Shown: piece by piece, positions 46,746 to 56,283 of the stretch
Numbering within the stretch: the stretch's first letter is position 1
Layout of the letters: every line of letters starts with the position of its first letter
From: a candidate division TA06 bacterium B3_TA06
Lineage (GTDB): Bacteria > Hydrothermota > Tepidihabitantia > B3-TA06
Reading direction: 5' to 3'
Assembly (NCBI GenBank): GCA_005223075.1
Contig: NJBO01000002.1
Coordinates: 1,836-65,835, forward strand
Length of the DNA stretch: 64,000 bases
Notes under the pieces: model-generated
What the model saw: the letters and a program-made list of their open reading frames with translations, nothing else
The model's database searches: none
What the model was told of the DNA's origin: nothing
Position numbers and translations under genes: made by a program

Positions 46746-49009
46746 AAAAAATACTCATAGCGACCCATCTTGATGAAAGGGATGAGTTGCTCCGCAGACT
46801 GCAGGAGGAGGGGATTCTTCACATCTCGAAGTTTGAAGAAGAAAGGCCAGATAAAAAACAACCCGAGACCGTTGTCCCTGATGCCGGCGAGGCAGAGCTC
46901 AAGCAAACCCTCGTTGGTCTGAATCAGGCTATAGGCTTCCTTTCAGGATACGCACAGAAGCGCAAGGGCGGAGTTTTTGCGGGCAAGCCTTCACTTCCTG
47001 CAGAAGAGTTCCGCCGCCGGGTTGATGAGTTGGATCTTCCGATCAAGCTGAAGCGAGCCTCCCAATTAAGCCAAGCCGCCTCCCGGCTGGAGACCGAGGA
47101 ACGACAGCTCCACGCAGAGCTTGAAACTCTTACCCCATGGAGACCCATGAAGCACCCGCCTTGTGAATATACGAACCTGAAACAAACCCACGCTCGTTTC
47201 GTCTTCGTATCCAGCAAGGAGGAGAAAGAAGCGTTCGCTAAATCGCTTAAGCCTCTAACGGCAAACTATGAGACCGTAAGGCGGGAGGGCGAGACCGAGT
47301 ACGCGGTGATACTTTTCCCAACCAACGAAGAAGAAGCCGTCGAGGATACGCTCAAGGCAACCGGCGTCAAGATGATCCAGCTTTCAGGGTTCGCAAAACC
47401 CCCGACCGAGGAAATCAAAGTAAGAAGGAAACTTCTGGCAAAGATAGGCTCAGATAGGGAAAAATTGACATCCCAGGCTCGCGAGATGAGCGCCGAGCTT
47501 TCAGGACTCCAAACAGCACTCGACCTCTACGGAAACGAGGGTTTGATACGCGAGCAGCACGAAAAGATGCTTGCCACCGAGAAGGCAGGGCTTATCGAAG
47601 GCTGGATACGCAGCTCTGATCGCAAGAGACTTAAAGAGATTGTGGCAGGTTTCGAGGCGAGTGAGGTTCGCAGCATCAAAGCGAGGAAGGGCGAGCGGGT
47701 GCCCGTAGCCCTGCGCAATCCGCCCTGGTTAAAACCCTTCGAGCTGATCTTAAACATGTACGGCACCCCTAACGGACGCGAAGCCGATCCCACACCACTC
47801 ATGGCTCCATTCTTCGCCCTCTTCTTCGCTTTGTGCATTAGCGACGCAGGATACGGGATAGTAATAGCCGCGGTAACCGCGTGGCTTATCTGGGGTCGCA
47901 GGATTCGAAACAACCTTATCTGGATACTCTTCTACGGAGGGGTGCTGACAATATTTACCGGTGCGGCCATGGGTTCGTGGTTCGGCAACATGCCCGATAT
48001 GCTCGAGATCCCATGGCTCGTGGGCTTCCGCGACGCGCTTACCTGGTTCGACCCCTTAAAGAACCCCATGCCGTTCTTCTACATATCGCTTGGACTTGGC
48101 TACTTCCAGATGATGTTCGGAATGGCGGTTGACGTAATAGACGGTCTGCGAACCGGTGAATACGGGTCGGCGTTGTTTGAGACCATGCCCTGGTTCCTTA
48201 TCTATCTCGGCATCCCATTGATGATTGCGACCTCCATGAGCATCTTGCCCAAGATTCTTTTCACACCGCTATTGATCGTCGTGATTGCAAGTCTGGCTGT
48301 CTCGTTTGTTCTATCCAATCGTCCTGGCCCGACCTCTGTAACAAGCGCCATACTTCTGTGGGCGGCGATGACCGCAGCATTTCTTGCCGCAGCAAAGGTC
48401 TTCGGTTTGCTTGCGCTTCCGGGAATAATCCTCAAGGCGCTTCTCATTGGAACCATCGCCGCACTCTGGCTCTACACTGTCTTCAAGGGACTCTCGGAGA
48501 AGACCCTGCGCGCCGCAGGCGTTATATTCGGCGTGCTCGGACTCGCGGCAATTATTCTATACGTAGCCGGGGTGATTCAGGCTAACCTATTCCTGGCCGC
48601 TGTATTCGTCCTCAACCTGATCTTCACATTCTCAGTTCTCAAGGGCTGGGCATCGCGTATCGTATGGGGCGCTTACAGCCTCTACTCCAACACAACCGGT
48701 GTGCTGGGGATCATCCTCTCCTACGTTCGCCTAATGGCCTTGGGGATGGTAACCGCCGGAATCGCAATGGCCTTCAACCAGATCGCCTGGATGCTTGGGG
48801 GAATCCCTGTGGTATCTGTTATTCTCATGCTCATCGTGCTTGTTATCGGTCACGTCTACAACCTCGCGATAAGCGGCTTGAGCGGATTTGTGCATACCCT
48901 TCGTCTACAGTATGTGGAGTATTTCCCCCGCTTCTTTGCAGGCGGAGGGGCAAGATTTGAACCATTTGAGTTGAAAACCCGCTACGTAAAAGTTACAAGG
49001 AGGACTTAG
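46727..49009 (+). CDS. V/A-type ATPase subunit I (116-kDa/a subunit)
   Basis: N-terminal soluble coiled-coil half plus C-terminal half with ~7-8 transmembrane helices. The position before the proteolipid is conserved. GTG start. Confidence 0.8.
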   Translation: MGTARVEKILIATHLDERDELLRRLQEEGILHISKFEEERPDKKQPETVVPDAGEAELKQTLVGLNQAIGFLSGYAQKRKGGVFAGKPSLPAEEFRRRVDELDLPIKLKRASQLSQAASRLETEERQLHAELETLTPWRPMKHPPCEYTNLKQTHARFVFVSSKEEKEAFAKSLKPLTANYETVRREGETEYAVILFPTNEEEAVEDTLKATGVKMIQLSGFAKPPTEEIKVRRKLLAKIGSDREKLTSQAREMSAELSGLQTALDLYGNEGLIREQHEKMLATEKAGLIEGWIRSSDRKRLKEIVAGFEASEVRSIKARKGERVPVALRNPPWLKPFELILNMYGTPNGREADPTPLMAPFFALFFALCISDAGYGIVIAAVTAWLIWGRRIRNNLIWILFYGGVLTIFTGAAMGSWFGNMPDMLEIPWLVGFRDALTWFDPLKNPMPFFYISLGLGYFQMMFGMAVDVIDGLRTGEYGSALFETMPWFLIYLGIPLMIATSMSILPKILFTPLLIVVIASLAVSFVLSNRPGPTSVTSAILLWAAMTAAFLAAAKVFGLLALPGIILKALLIGTIAALWLYTVFKGLSEKTLRAAGVIFGVLGLAAIILYVAGVIQANLFLAAVFVLNLIFTFSVLKGWASRIVWGAYSLYSNTTGVLGIILSYVRLMALGMVTAGIAMAFNQIAWMLGGIPVVSVILMLIVLVIGHVYNLAISGLSGFVHTLRLQYVEYFPRFFAGGGARFEPFELKTRYVKVTRRT

Positions 49010-49486
<477 letters not shown>

Positions 49487-49489
49487 CCC

Positions 49490-50062
49490 ATGCCTCGCGA
49501 CAAGGTAAGCGCCAAGATAGAAGCTGACGCAAAGGCACGCGTTAAAGAGATCCAGGCCGAGTTTGCCGAACGCTGCAAGAAGCTGGAGACAGAGCATGAA
49601 GGACGCAAGAAGGCCTGTAGAGAAGAGACCAAAAGGCTTGCCGCGGCTGAAGAAGAACGTCTCAAGAGGGAGATACTCTCAGAGGCACGACTGACGGCAA
49701 GGAGGGAGATACTTGCAGCAAAGCACCAGCTGATAGAAGAGACCCTGAAGCGAGCGGCAGAAAAGTTCACCAAATCCAGGAACTATCCAGCCCTGCTTGC
49801 GAGGATCGTTGCAGAACAAGGCAGCCGAACCCAGGTGCTGCTCTCTGCGAGTGACTGCAAGCGTTTTGCAAAATCTGTCTGGGCAAAGAGGGCGGATGAG
49901 GCACCGATCAAGGGCGGCGTAATCCTGCGGACATCGGCAAGAGACCTGAACTTCAGCATAGATGCCGCGTTCGAAGCGCTGGGCGAGCAGCTCAGCCTTG
50001 AGGTATCCGATCTCCTGTTCCCGGATTCCGTCTGTAGCAAAAAACTCTCCAAAAAGAAATAG
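49490..50062 (+). CDS. V/A-type ATPase subunit E
   Basis: Long N-terminal helix (KIEADAKARVKEIQAEFAERCKK...) plus a C-terminal globular part. A terminator follows. Confidence 0.75.
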   Translation: MPRDKVSAKIEADAKARVKEIQAEFAERCKKLETEHEGRKKACREETKRLAAAEEERLKREILSEARLTARREILAAKHQLIEETLKRAAEKFTKSRNYPALLARIVAEQGSRTQVLLSASDCKRFAKSVWAKRADEAPIKGGVILRTSARDLNFSIDAAFEALGEQLSLEVSDLLFPDSVCSKKLSKKK

Positions 50063-50078
50063 CCCCACTGAATGTTTA

Positions 50079-50110
50079 AAGGCCCCGCTCAGGCGGGGCC
50101 TTTTGATTTA
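50079..50110 (+). terminator. rho-independent terminator (GGCCCCGC-TCAG-GCGGGGCC plus TTTTGATTT)
   Basis: Perfect 8-bp GC stem and a T-run directly after the subunit E stop. Confidence 0.7.
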
Positions 50111-50123
50111 TGAGAATAGACTC

Positions 50124-51141
50124 TTAACGCTTACGCCTTTTGCGGAACCGCAGCCTGGAGCGAAGGGCCAGGCCGGCCACGAAGGCGAAAGGCAATATGG
50201 GGAAGATAATCAGGGCAGAATAGTACTGATTGTGACTTTCTGCATCGTCTTCAGCATAGGTGAAAACCAGATCCGAATCTATATCCCCCGGATCGTAGTA
50301 ATAGGAACCCAGTCTGGTTATAAAATCGCCTTCCTTGCATACCTCGGCGACAAAAGGATAGTTCTCCTTTACCGCTTCGTACTCGCGACCGTTCAACTTG
50401 TTTGCGTAGTAATACTCGAGATTAATGCCGGCGTTCTGCTCCAGCTTGACACGGTGCTCGGCGATTACGTGGATGAGCAACCCGTAATCGTAACGGTAAT
50501 CGTAATCCGGATTGACGCTCAGGGAGGTAATCCTCATCGGATAAACTATCTGCGACGAGGTAAAGGTAAACTTGACCGGCTGCACGTTTATGCTGTTGTC
50601 GCGAGGGATATCCTGAACGCTGAAGGCAACGAAAACCCAGTCCCGCTCTATATAGTCTCTAAACACCTCGCGAGCCTTAACCGTGTCCGAGGAGTCGGCA
50701 ACCCAGTAGTCGTTTTCCGCAAGCCAGGTAAAAAGGGTGTCGGGATCGTCGGCCTTGATGATTTCGTATGAAAGCACCCCCACGCTTCCTTCCTCGATTA
50801 TCCTAACGCCGTAACCGTCGTAGTAACCACCATCGTAGATAACACCGCAACCAAAACCTCCGTAACTGGGTCTGCACATCTCCTCGATCTGCTCAAAAAC
50901 CGCGATCGTGTCTTCTTCAATCGCAGGCCTGGAGGGGAATGGAACTATCCATCCGAAAGAGCCCGCGTCGCTTGCAACATTGATCAGAAGGTGCAGAATC
51001 TCCTGACTCCCTTCATACTCAATTATAGCGTACTGGTAAGGCTCTCCGACATAAATCCCTGGGGGAGGAAAGATGCCCCCCATCCGCCCAAAGCGTCACT
51101 GCAAACGCACTGACCACCGAAAGAATCAAAACCCGTTTCAT
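50124..51141 (-). pseudogene. secreted protein gene with C-terminal transmembrane anchor (RKRRKR) interrupted by a +1 frameshift in a G6 homopolymer (plus-strand C-run 51076-51082)
   Basis: An ATG at 51141 with an AGGAG ribosome-binding site encodes the signal peptide MKRVLILSVVSAFAVTLWADGG in one frame. The 319-aa body (GIFPPPGIYVGEPYQY...) is in the frame +1 relative to it. Removing one G restores a single ORF. Confidence 0.6.
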
Positions 51142-51369
51142 AACCTCTCCTTGGTTGAGTTTCTCTGACAATACTCAAAAACACCCTGCCTGTCAAGTCA
51201 TCAACTTCCAATCGTTGGAAGAATACACCCACATAGTGGAACAGTTAGATTGCTGAGTTTAAGTATATTGAGGGAGAAAGTAGGGGCCGGCCTAAAGGTC
51301 TACCCCTGCTTAAAGAATCCATTAAATCCAGCAACGCATGTCTGGCAAAAGACGACGGCACTTCACGAC

Positions 51370-51397
51370 TTGACATAAGTCTCAAAATAACTATAAT
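51370..51397 (+). promoter_or_regulatory. sigma70 promoter TTGACA-N16-TATAAT for the RRM protein gene
   Basis: Perfect consensus hexamers. Confidence 0.55.
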
Positions 51398-51443
51398 TAT
51401 ATGTTCGTTGCCACAAATGGCAGCGAGACAGGAGAAAAACTAC

Positions 51444-51746
51444 ATGCGTTTATTCATAGGAAACCTTCCCCATTCTTATAATGAGGAGAAGGTACGTGAG
51501 ATCTTTGCCGAGCATGGCGAAGTATCCAAAGTAGCGGTTCCAACGGATCGTTACACCAATGCGCCTCGCGGCTTTGCTTTTGTAGACATGCCGAATGACG
51601 AGGAAGCCAACGCGGCCATAAGTGCCGTTAATGGAACAGAGCACGATGGTCGTGAACTCAGAGTAGAAGAAGCCCGTCCCCCGCGCGAGGGTGGTGGTCG
51701 AGGTGGCTACAACCGCGGCGGCGGCGGAAACCGCAACCGCTGGTAA
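51444..51746 (+). CDS. RNA-binding protein with RRM domain and Gly/Arg-rich tail
   Basis: RNP-2 (LFIGNL) and RNP-1 (RGFAFVDM). C-terminal GGGRGGYNRGGGGNRNRW. Confidence 0.88.
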   Translation: MRLFIGNLPHSYNEEKVREIFAEHGEVSKVAVPTDRYTNAPRGFAFVDMPNDEEANAAISAVNGTEHDGRELRVEEARPPREGGGRGGYNRGGGGNRNRW

Positions 51747-51806
51747 ACCAACAAAATACCTTTCTCGTCATTCTTGACAGTTAGTTGATCGAGATCGAGG
51801 GAAAGT

Positions 51807-51847
51807 AAAAGCGCCAGTCTTTGGACTGGCGCTTTTCTTTTTTATTC
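51807..51847 (+). terminator. rho-independent terminator (AAAGCGCCAGTC-TTTG-GACTGGCGCTTT plus TCTTTTTTATT)
   Basis: 12-bp stem plus a U-run after the RRM gene. Confidence 0.7.
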
Positions 51848-51903
51848 AACTTCTTCTCACTCAACCTTCAGGAGGGTGTGGAGCAGATAATGACCCGAAT
51901 ATT

Positions 51904-52566
51904 TCAACTAATCTGGAATTCCTGAGCCAAAAATCCCCTGATTCCCTCAATCATTGATTTAACTTGTTTCTCATCGAAATCATTGAAATCTCCGTGAGCG
52001 GCAGAATTTCCAATAGCAAGCCATGATTGGATTTGACTCCTCATTGGTTCACCATACCGACCCATTTTTTTAAGCTCGTCGTTTATCTTTGAAGCTTTCT
52101 GCGAATCATCGATGGTTTCCTGTCTTGCAATTCGTCTCAAGGTATCCTCAAGCGCAACTCTTGCCAAAACTGCTGCTGGATCCTTGAATCCCTTTTCATT
52201 AAGGTATTGGGATTGATCCAACACAGAGCTAAAGATTTCGCCTGCCACAATGAACTCTTGTCTGATTAGAAACCCTCCTTTCAGATCACTCAAAGCCCCT
52301 TGAAGCACAGCTTCAACTGTTTCAAGTACATCGAATAATTTAAAATCACTATCTATAGGTTCATTTCGAGATAATCCTTCCAGTTCCTTATAATAATCAC
52401 TAGCCTGCCCACATGTTATCTTAATAATATTTTTAGTTTTCAATTTCAAGGCATTTACTTTTGGAGTCTCAATGCCACCTCCTTTACGAGATTCCAATAT
52501 CTGTTGAACTTCTTCTAAAAGTTGTTCCAACCTATTTACATAACGTTGGTGGTTAGGATTTAACAT
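51904..52566 (-). CDS. hypothetical protein with C-terminal DUF4145/HEPN-like motif (AIGNSAAHG)
   Basis: GGAGGA ribosome-binding site. Helical protein. The conserved-looking ...WLAIGNSAAHGDFNDFDEKQV... motif matches this family only from memory, so the call is low-confidence. Confidence 0.45.
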   Translation of the reverse strand: MLNPNHQRYVNRLEQLLEEVQQILESRKGGGIETPKVNALKLKTKNIIKITCGQASDYYKELEGLSRNEPIDSDFKLFDVLETVEAVLQGALSDLKGGFLIRQEFIVAGEIFSSVLDQSQYLNEKGFKDPAAVLARVALEDTLRRIARQETIDDSQKASKINDELKKMGRYGEPMRSQIQSWLAIGNSAAHGDFNDFDEKQVKSMIEGIRGFLAQEFQIS

Positions 52567-52619
52567 AGCCATTCCTCCATCTATCAATAATACCCTTGAC
52601 CGAGTCTTTGTCAAATGGT

Positions 52620-52850
52620 TTCTTCCCCCGAAAAAAATCGTCATCGCGACCGATCGAAGGGAGGGTGGCGATCTCATGGCACTTTGTTGAAAACACAATG
52701 GAATGTGCTATGGGATTGCCACGCAAGCCTTCGGCTTGCTCGCAATGACAGTAATAGAAAGCCCGCGTTATCGATCTTATTCGGGCCGACCTAATACCCT
52801 ACGGATGTATAAACATCCGAGGGGCACGCTGAGGTCGGCCCCTACGTTAT
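52620..52850. repeat. composite repeat block in inverted orientation (GTCATCGCGACCGATCGAAGGGAGGGTGGCGATC motif plus REP-like hairpin with nested insert at 52782-52847)
   Basis: Reverse-complement matches to 18535-18580 and to the 18451-18515 REP variant. Confidence 0.7.
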
Positions 52851-52859
52851 TACAGGACA

Positions 52860-53777
52860 CTACTTCTTTTTCTTTGCCCTCTTCTTCTTTGCCGGGCGGA
52901 AGCGGCCGATCTTCAAAATCTTGCCCAGGTTGGCGTTGGAATCAACCTTGGGGACGATCAGAGGCTTAGCGCACGAGATAAGGGTGGTCACTCCGGGTCC
53001 GTGGCCGGCAAGCAGACAGTCGGAATGGATCACGATGCCGACGGTCACCGCTCCCTTGCGCCAGCTGCGGCCGAAAACGTTGTCGTGATCCGTGATCGCA
53101 ACGAAGTCGCCGAAACGAAGCTTGTCAAGACCGAGCTCGGCGATCTCTTCGCGGTCGGTGGTCATGATGTCGTAGTCGCCTGTTCCCATCGAGGTGGAAC
53201 CCACACCTGAACCCATGAGATGGCCGGGCACTATCGCTACAACCGGGACCTGGATCTTGCCGCCTTTAAGTTCACGGATGCCCATCTTCTTCAAAAGACC
53301 GGGATCCAGGTTGGTAACGTGGATGTCAGGGTACTCCAAAAGCTTAAGTCCCTGCCCCCAGGCGCGGACAAGGAACTTGTCGTCCATGTTGAGCTTGGCA
53401 AGCACGTCGTCGGCAAAATCTATCATAACGTGCTCTGCCCCGCCGTGATGTCCGGTAACTATACCTTTTTTGCCCTTGGCGTCGCCTGAGACAACAATCG
53501 CCTCGTTGCCAACGCAGGAGTAGAAATGATATGAGGTGTTGGGAGGATCGTAGCGCTTCTCGGCGTCCACCAAGGTGGAGACGCCGGGTTCAATGTGGTC
53601 ACCTGCCCAGCCGAAGGCCGTATCACCAATCTTCACGTTGTAGCTGATACCGCCGATACTGGGCAAAAGGAAGGCCTTCCCCTCCGCATCTACCGAGTGA
53701 CCTCTTCTACCCGAAGGATAAGACACCTTACCCTGCACCGAGAGCTTAACCACACGATCCGCGTTCGTTCGCAGCAT
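52860..53777 (-). CDS. conserved hypothetical protein with Lys-rich C-terminal tail (KKKRAKKKK), possibly DUF4438-like
   Basis: 305-aa ORF with no recognisable catalytic motif. The family assignment is a guess. Confidence 0.45.
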   Translation of the reverse strand: MLRTNADRVVKLSVQGKVSYPSGRRGHSVDAEGKAFLLPSIGGISYNVKIGDTAFGWAGDHIEPGVSTLVDAEKRYDPPNTSYHFYSCVGNEAIVVSGDAKGKKGIVTGHHGGAEHVMIDFADDVLAKLNMDDKFLVRAWGQGLKLLEYPDIHVTNLDPGLLKKMGIRELKGGKIQVPVVAIVPGHLMGSGVGSTSMGTGDYDIMTTDREEIAELGLDKLRFGDFVAITDHDNVFGRSWRKGAVTVGIVIHSDCLLAGHGPGVTTLISCAKPLIVPKVDSNANLGKILKIGRFRPAKKKRAKKKK

Positions 53778-53923
53778 AAGTCCTCCTTGGAGTCTAGAGT
53801 TTAGATTGAGAATTATATTAATAACTCCGGGGAGGTCAAACCTGCCCTCACCCGAGGCAGCACTTTCCGGGGCACCTTATTATCACCCTAGTCAGAAGCC
53901 TTGCACGCGACCTCATGAGATGC

Positions 53924-53952
53924 TTGACAAACCCCGTTGTTTGCCGTAGACT
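53924..53952 (+). promoter_or_regulatory. sigma70 promoter TTGACA-N17-TAGACT for acpP-fabF
   Basis: Consensus spacing, ~30 nt upstream of the AAGGAGG ribosome-binding site. Confidence 0.5.
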
Positions 53953-53983
53953 TTGGTCTCAAAGTCATCTAAGGAGGATGCAA

Positions 53984-54223
53984 ATGGCTCTTTTCGACGA
54001 AGTGAAAAACCTGATCGTGGAGCAGCTCCACGTACCGGCTGAGAAGGTAACACCTGAAGCCAAGTTCATCGACGATCTCGGTGCCGACTCCCTGGACACG
54101 GTCGAGCTTATCATGGCCTTTGAAGAGAAGTTCGAGATCGAGATACCTGACGAAGAGGCCCAGAAGCTGGAGACGGTCGGCAAGGTGATGGAATACCTGG
54201 AGTCCAAGCTCAAGGAAAAGTGA
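53984..54223 (+). CDS. acpP: acyl carrier protein
   Basis: [15 protein letters not shown] phosphopantetheine-attachment motif. 79 aa. AAGGAGG ribosome-binding site. Confidence 0.92.
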   Translation: MALFDEVKNLIVEQLHVPAEKVTPEAKFIDDLGADSLDTVELIMAFEEKFEIEIPDEEAQKLETVGKVMEYLESKLKEK

Positions 54224-54250
54224 TCCGGCGCCCCGGCGAAAGGATTTGCA

Positions 54251-55492
54251 ATGGATCGCCGAGTCGTAGTAACGGGCGTCGGGCTTCTGACCTCACTGGG
54301 TCACGACGTCCCTGCCACCTGGGAGAAGTTGCTCGCGGGTGAAAACGGCATCCGCCGGATCAGAGGTTTTGATCCGTCGGACCTTGATGCCCAGATCGCG
54401 GCCGAAGTCTTGGACTTCGATCCTGTAAAACGCATAGATTTCAAGCAAGCCAGACGCATGGACCGATTCAGCCAGTTCGCCTTGTGGACAGCAAAGGAGG
54501 CGGTTCCCGATTCAGGGATAGAGTTCGGCAAGGAAAATCCTGAACGCTGCGGTGCACTCATCGGCGTCGGTATGGGTGGGATAATCGTGTGGGAAACCGA
54601 ACACGAAAAGTTCCTGGAACGCGGTCCTAAACGAGTCTCCCCTTTTCTGATCCCAATGATGATCCCGGATATGGCCTCAGGGCTTATCTCCATAGAGTAC
54701 GGCATCCGTGGCCCCAACTTCTGTACGGTATCGGCATGTGCATCAGGTGCACACGCGCTGGGTGAATCTTTCGAGCTAATCAAGCAAGACAAGGCCGAGG
54801 TGATGATCACAGGCGGCACAGAAGCAGCAATCACCCGATTCTCCGTCGCCGGCTTTACAAACATGAGGGCGATCTCCAGACGCAACGACGAACCTGAACG
54901 CGCCTCAAGACCATTTGATGCTGACCGTGACGGTTTCGTGATAGCAGAGGGAGCAGGAATCCTCGTGTTGGAGGAACTGGAGCATGCCCGCAAACGCAGC
55001 GCCAAGATCTATGCAGAACTTGCAGGATACGGGCTTTCAGGCGATGCCTTTCACATGACCGCCCCTGATCCTGAGGGCAAGGGACCGCAACTTGCGATGC
55101 GTATGGCCCTTGACGAAGCCGAGCTTAATCTTCAGGATGTAGACTACATCAACGCCCACGGAACCTCGACAGAATTAAACGACCGAATGGAAACCAGGGC
55201 AATTCGGAGTGTTTTCGGCAATCATGCGGACAAGCTATGGGTCTCCTCATCCAAGTCGATGATCGGACATCTTCTGGGCGGCGCAGGCGGAGCTGAAGCG
55301 GTGATAACTGCACTCACCGTAAAAGAAGGCAAGGTTCACCCTACCCGCAACCTTGAGAGACCGGGCGAGGGCTGTGATCTTGACTACATACCAAAACAAG
55401 CGCGGGAAAAGGAAATCAAGGTAGCCTTATCCAACTCGTTCGGTTTCGGGGGCCACAACGTAACGTTGGCGTTCAAGAAGTTCGAAGAATGA
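54251..55492 (+). CDS. fabF: 3-oxoacyl-[ACP] synthase II
   Basis: Condensing-enzyme fold with active-site Cys (TVSACASG) and His/His (...HGTST..., ...GHLLGGAG...). Confidence 0.92.
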   Translation: MDRRVVVTGVGLLTSLGHDVPATWEKLLAGENGIRRIRGFDPSDLDAQIAAEVLDFDPVKRIDFKQARRMDRFSQFALWTAKEAVPDSGIEFGKENPERCGALIGVGMGGIIVWETEHEKFLERGPKRVSPFLIPMMIPDMASGLISIEYGIRGPNFCTVSACASGAHALGESFELIKQDKAEVMITGGTEAAITRFSVAGFTNMRAISRRNDEPERASRPFDADRDGFVIAEGAGILVLEELEHARKRSAKIYAELAGYGLSGDAFHMTAPDPEGKGPQLAMRMALDEAELNLQDVDYINAHGTSTELNDRMETRAIRSVFGNHADKLWVSSSKSMIGHLLGGAGGAEAVITALTVKEGKVHPTRNLERPGEGCDLDYIPKQAREKEIKVALSNSFGFGGHNVTLAFKKFEE

Positions 55493-56283
55493 GATTCATA
55501 GTCTGCATCAAACAGGTGCCTGATACTACCGAAGTGCGGGTCAACCCTGAAACGAACACCCTGATCCGTGAAGGCGTTCCAGCAACAGTTAACCCCTTTG
55601 ACCTGTACGCGGTCGAGGAAGCCTTGCTTCTAAAGGAGAAGTTCGGCGGTGAGGTTATTGCCATCTCCATGGGACCTCCTCAGGCCGAGGAAGCGTTGCG
55701 CGAGGTGATCTCCATGGGAGTTGACAAGACCATTCTGATCTCCGATTCCAAGTTCGCCGGGGCCGATACATGGGCAACCTCGCTGACCCTCGCCGCTGCC
55801 ATCCGTAAGATCGGTGATTACAACATCATCTTCACAGGAAAGCAAGCCGCAGATGGCGACACCGCACAGGTAGGGCCGGGTATCGCAGAGTTCCTCGACA
55901 TCCCTCAAGCTACGTTCGTAAGAAAGGTGGATGAGCTGAACCCTGATAAACAGACTATAAGATTGCAGTCGATGTGGGAGGAGGGATCTGAACGCTTAGA
56001 GCTTCCCCTCCCCTGCCTTATTACGACGGTCAAGGAACTTAACGAACCGCGTCTACCCAGCCTGCGCGGCAAACTTACGGCAAAGAAGGCCGAGATCCCG
56101 CTCTGGAGCTTTGATGAGCTTGCGGTTGAGAAAAAACACGTGGGCCTTGCAGGTTCTCCCACCCAGGTAATCAAGGTCTTCCCACCTCCACCTCGCGCTG
56201 AAGGAGAACTCTTCGCAGACGCAGACCCGGACGAAGCTGCACGCATCATTGCGGATAAATTAACCGAGAAGGGGCTGCTCTGA
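55489..56283 (+). CDS. etfB: electron transfer flavoprotein beta subunit
   Basis: MRFIVCIKQVPDTTEVRVNPETNTL. 264 aa. The 4-nt overlap with fabF suggests an operon. Confidence 0.9.
   Translation: MRFIVCIKQVPDTTEVRVNPETNTLIREGVPATVNPFDLYAVEEALLLKEKFGGEVIAISMGPPQAEEALREVISMGVDKTILISDSKFAGADTWATSLTLAAAIRKIGDYNIIFTGKQAADGDTAQVGPGIAEFLDIPQATFVRKVDELNPDKQTIRLQSMWEEGSERLELPLPCLITTVKELNEPRLPSLRGKLTAKKAEIPLWSFDELAVEKKHVGLAGSPTQVIKVFPPPPRAEGELFADADPDEAARIIADKLTEKGLL

Noticed and set aside
54301-55005. 234-aa ORF antisense to fabF, and similar long antisense ORFs at 23029..23486, 39170..39985, 50000..50771 and 26553..27026
   Set aside because: They lie fully inside strongly supported genes on the opposite strand. 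They have low-complexity S/R/P-rich composition and no ribosome-binding sites.
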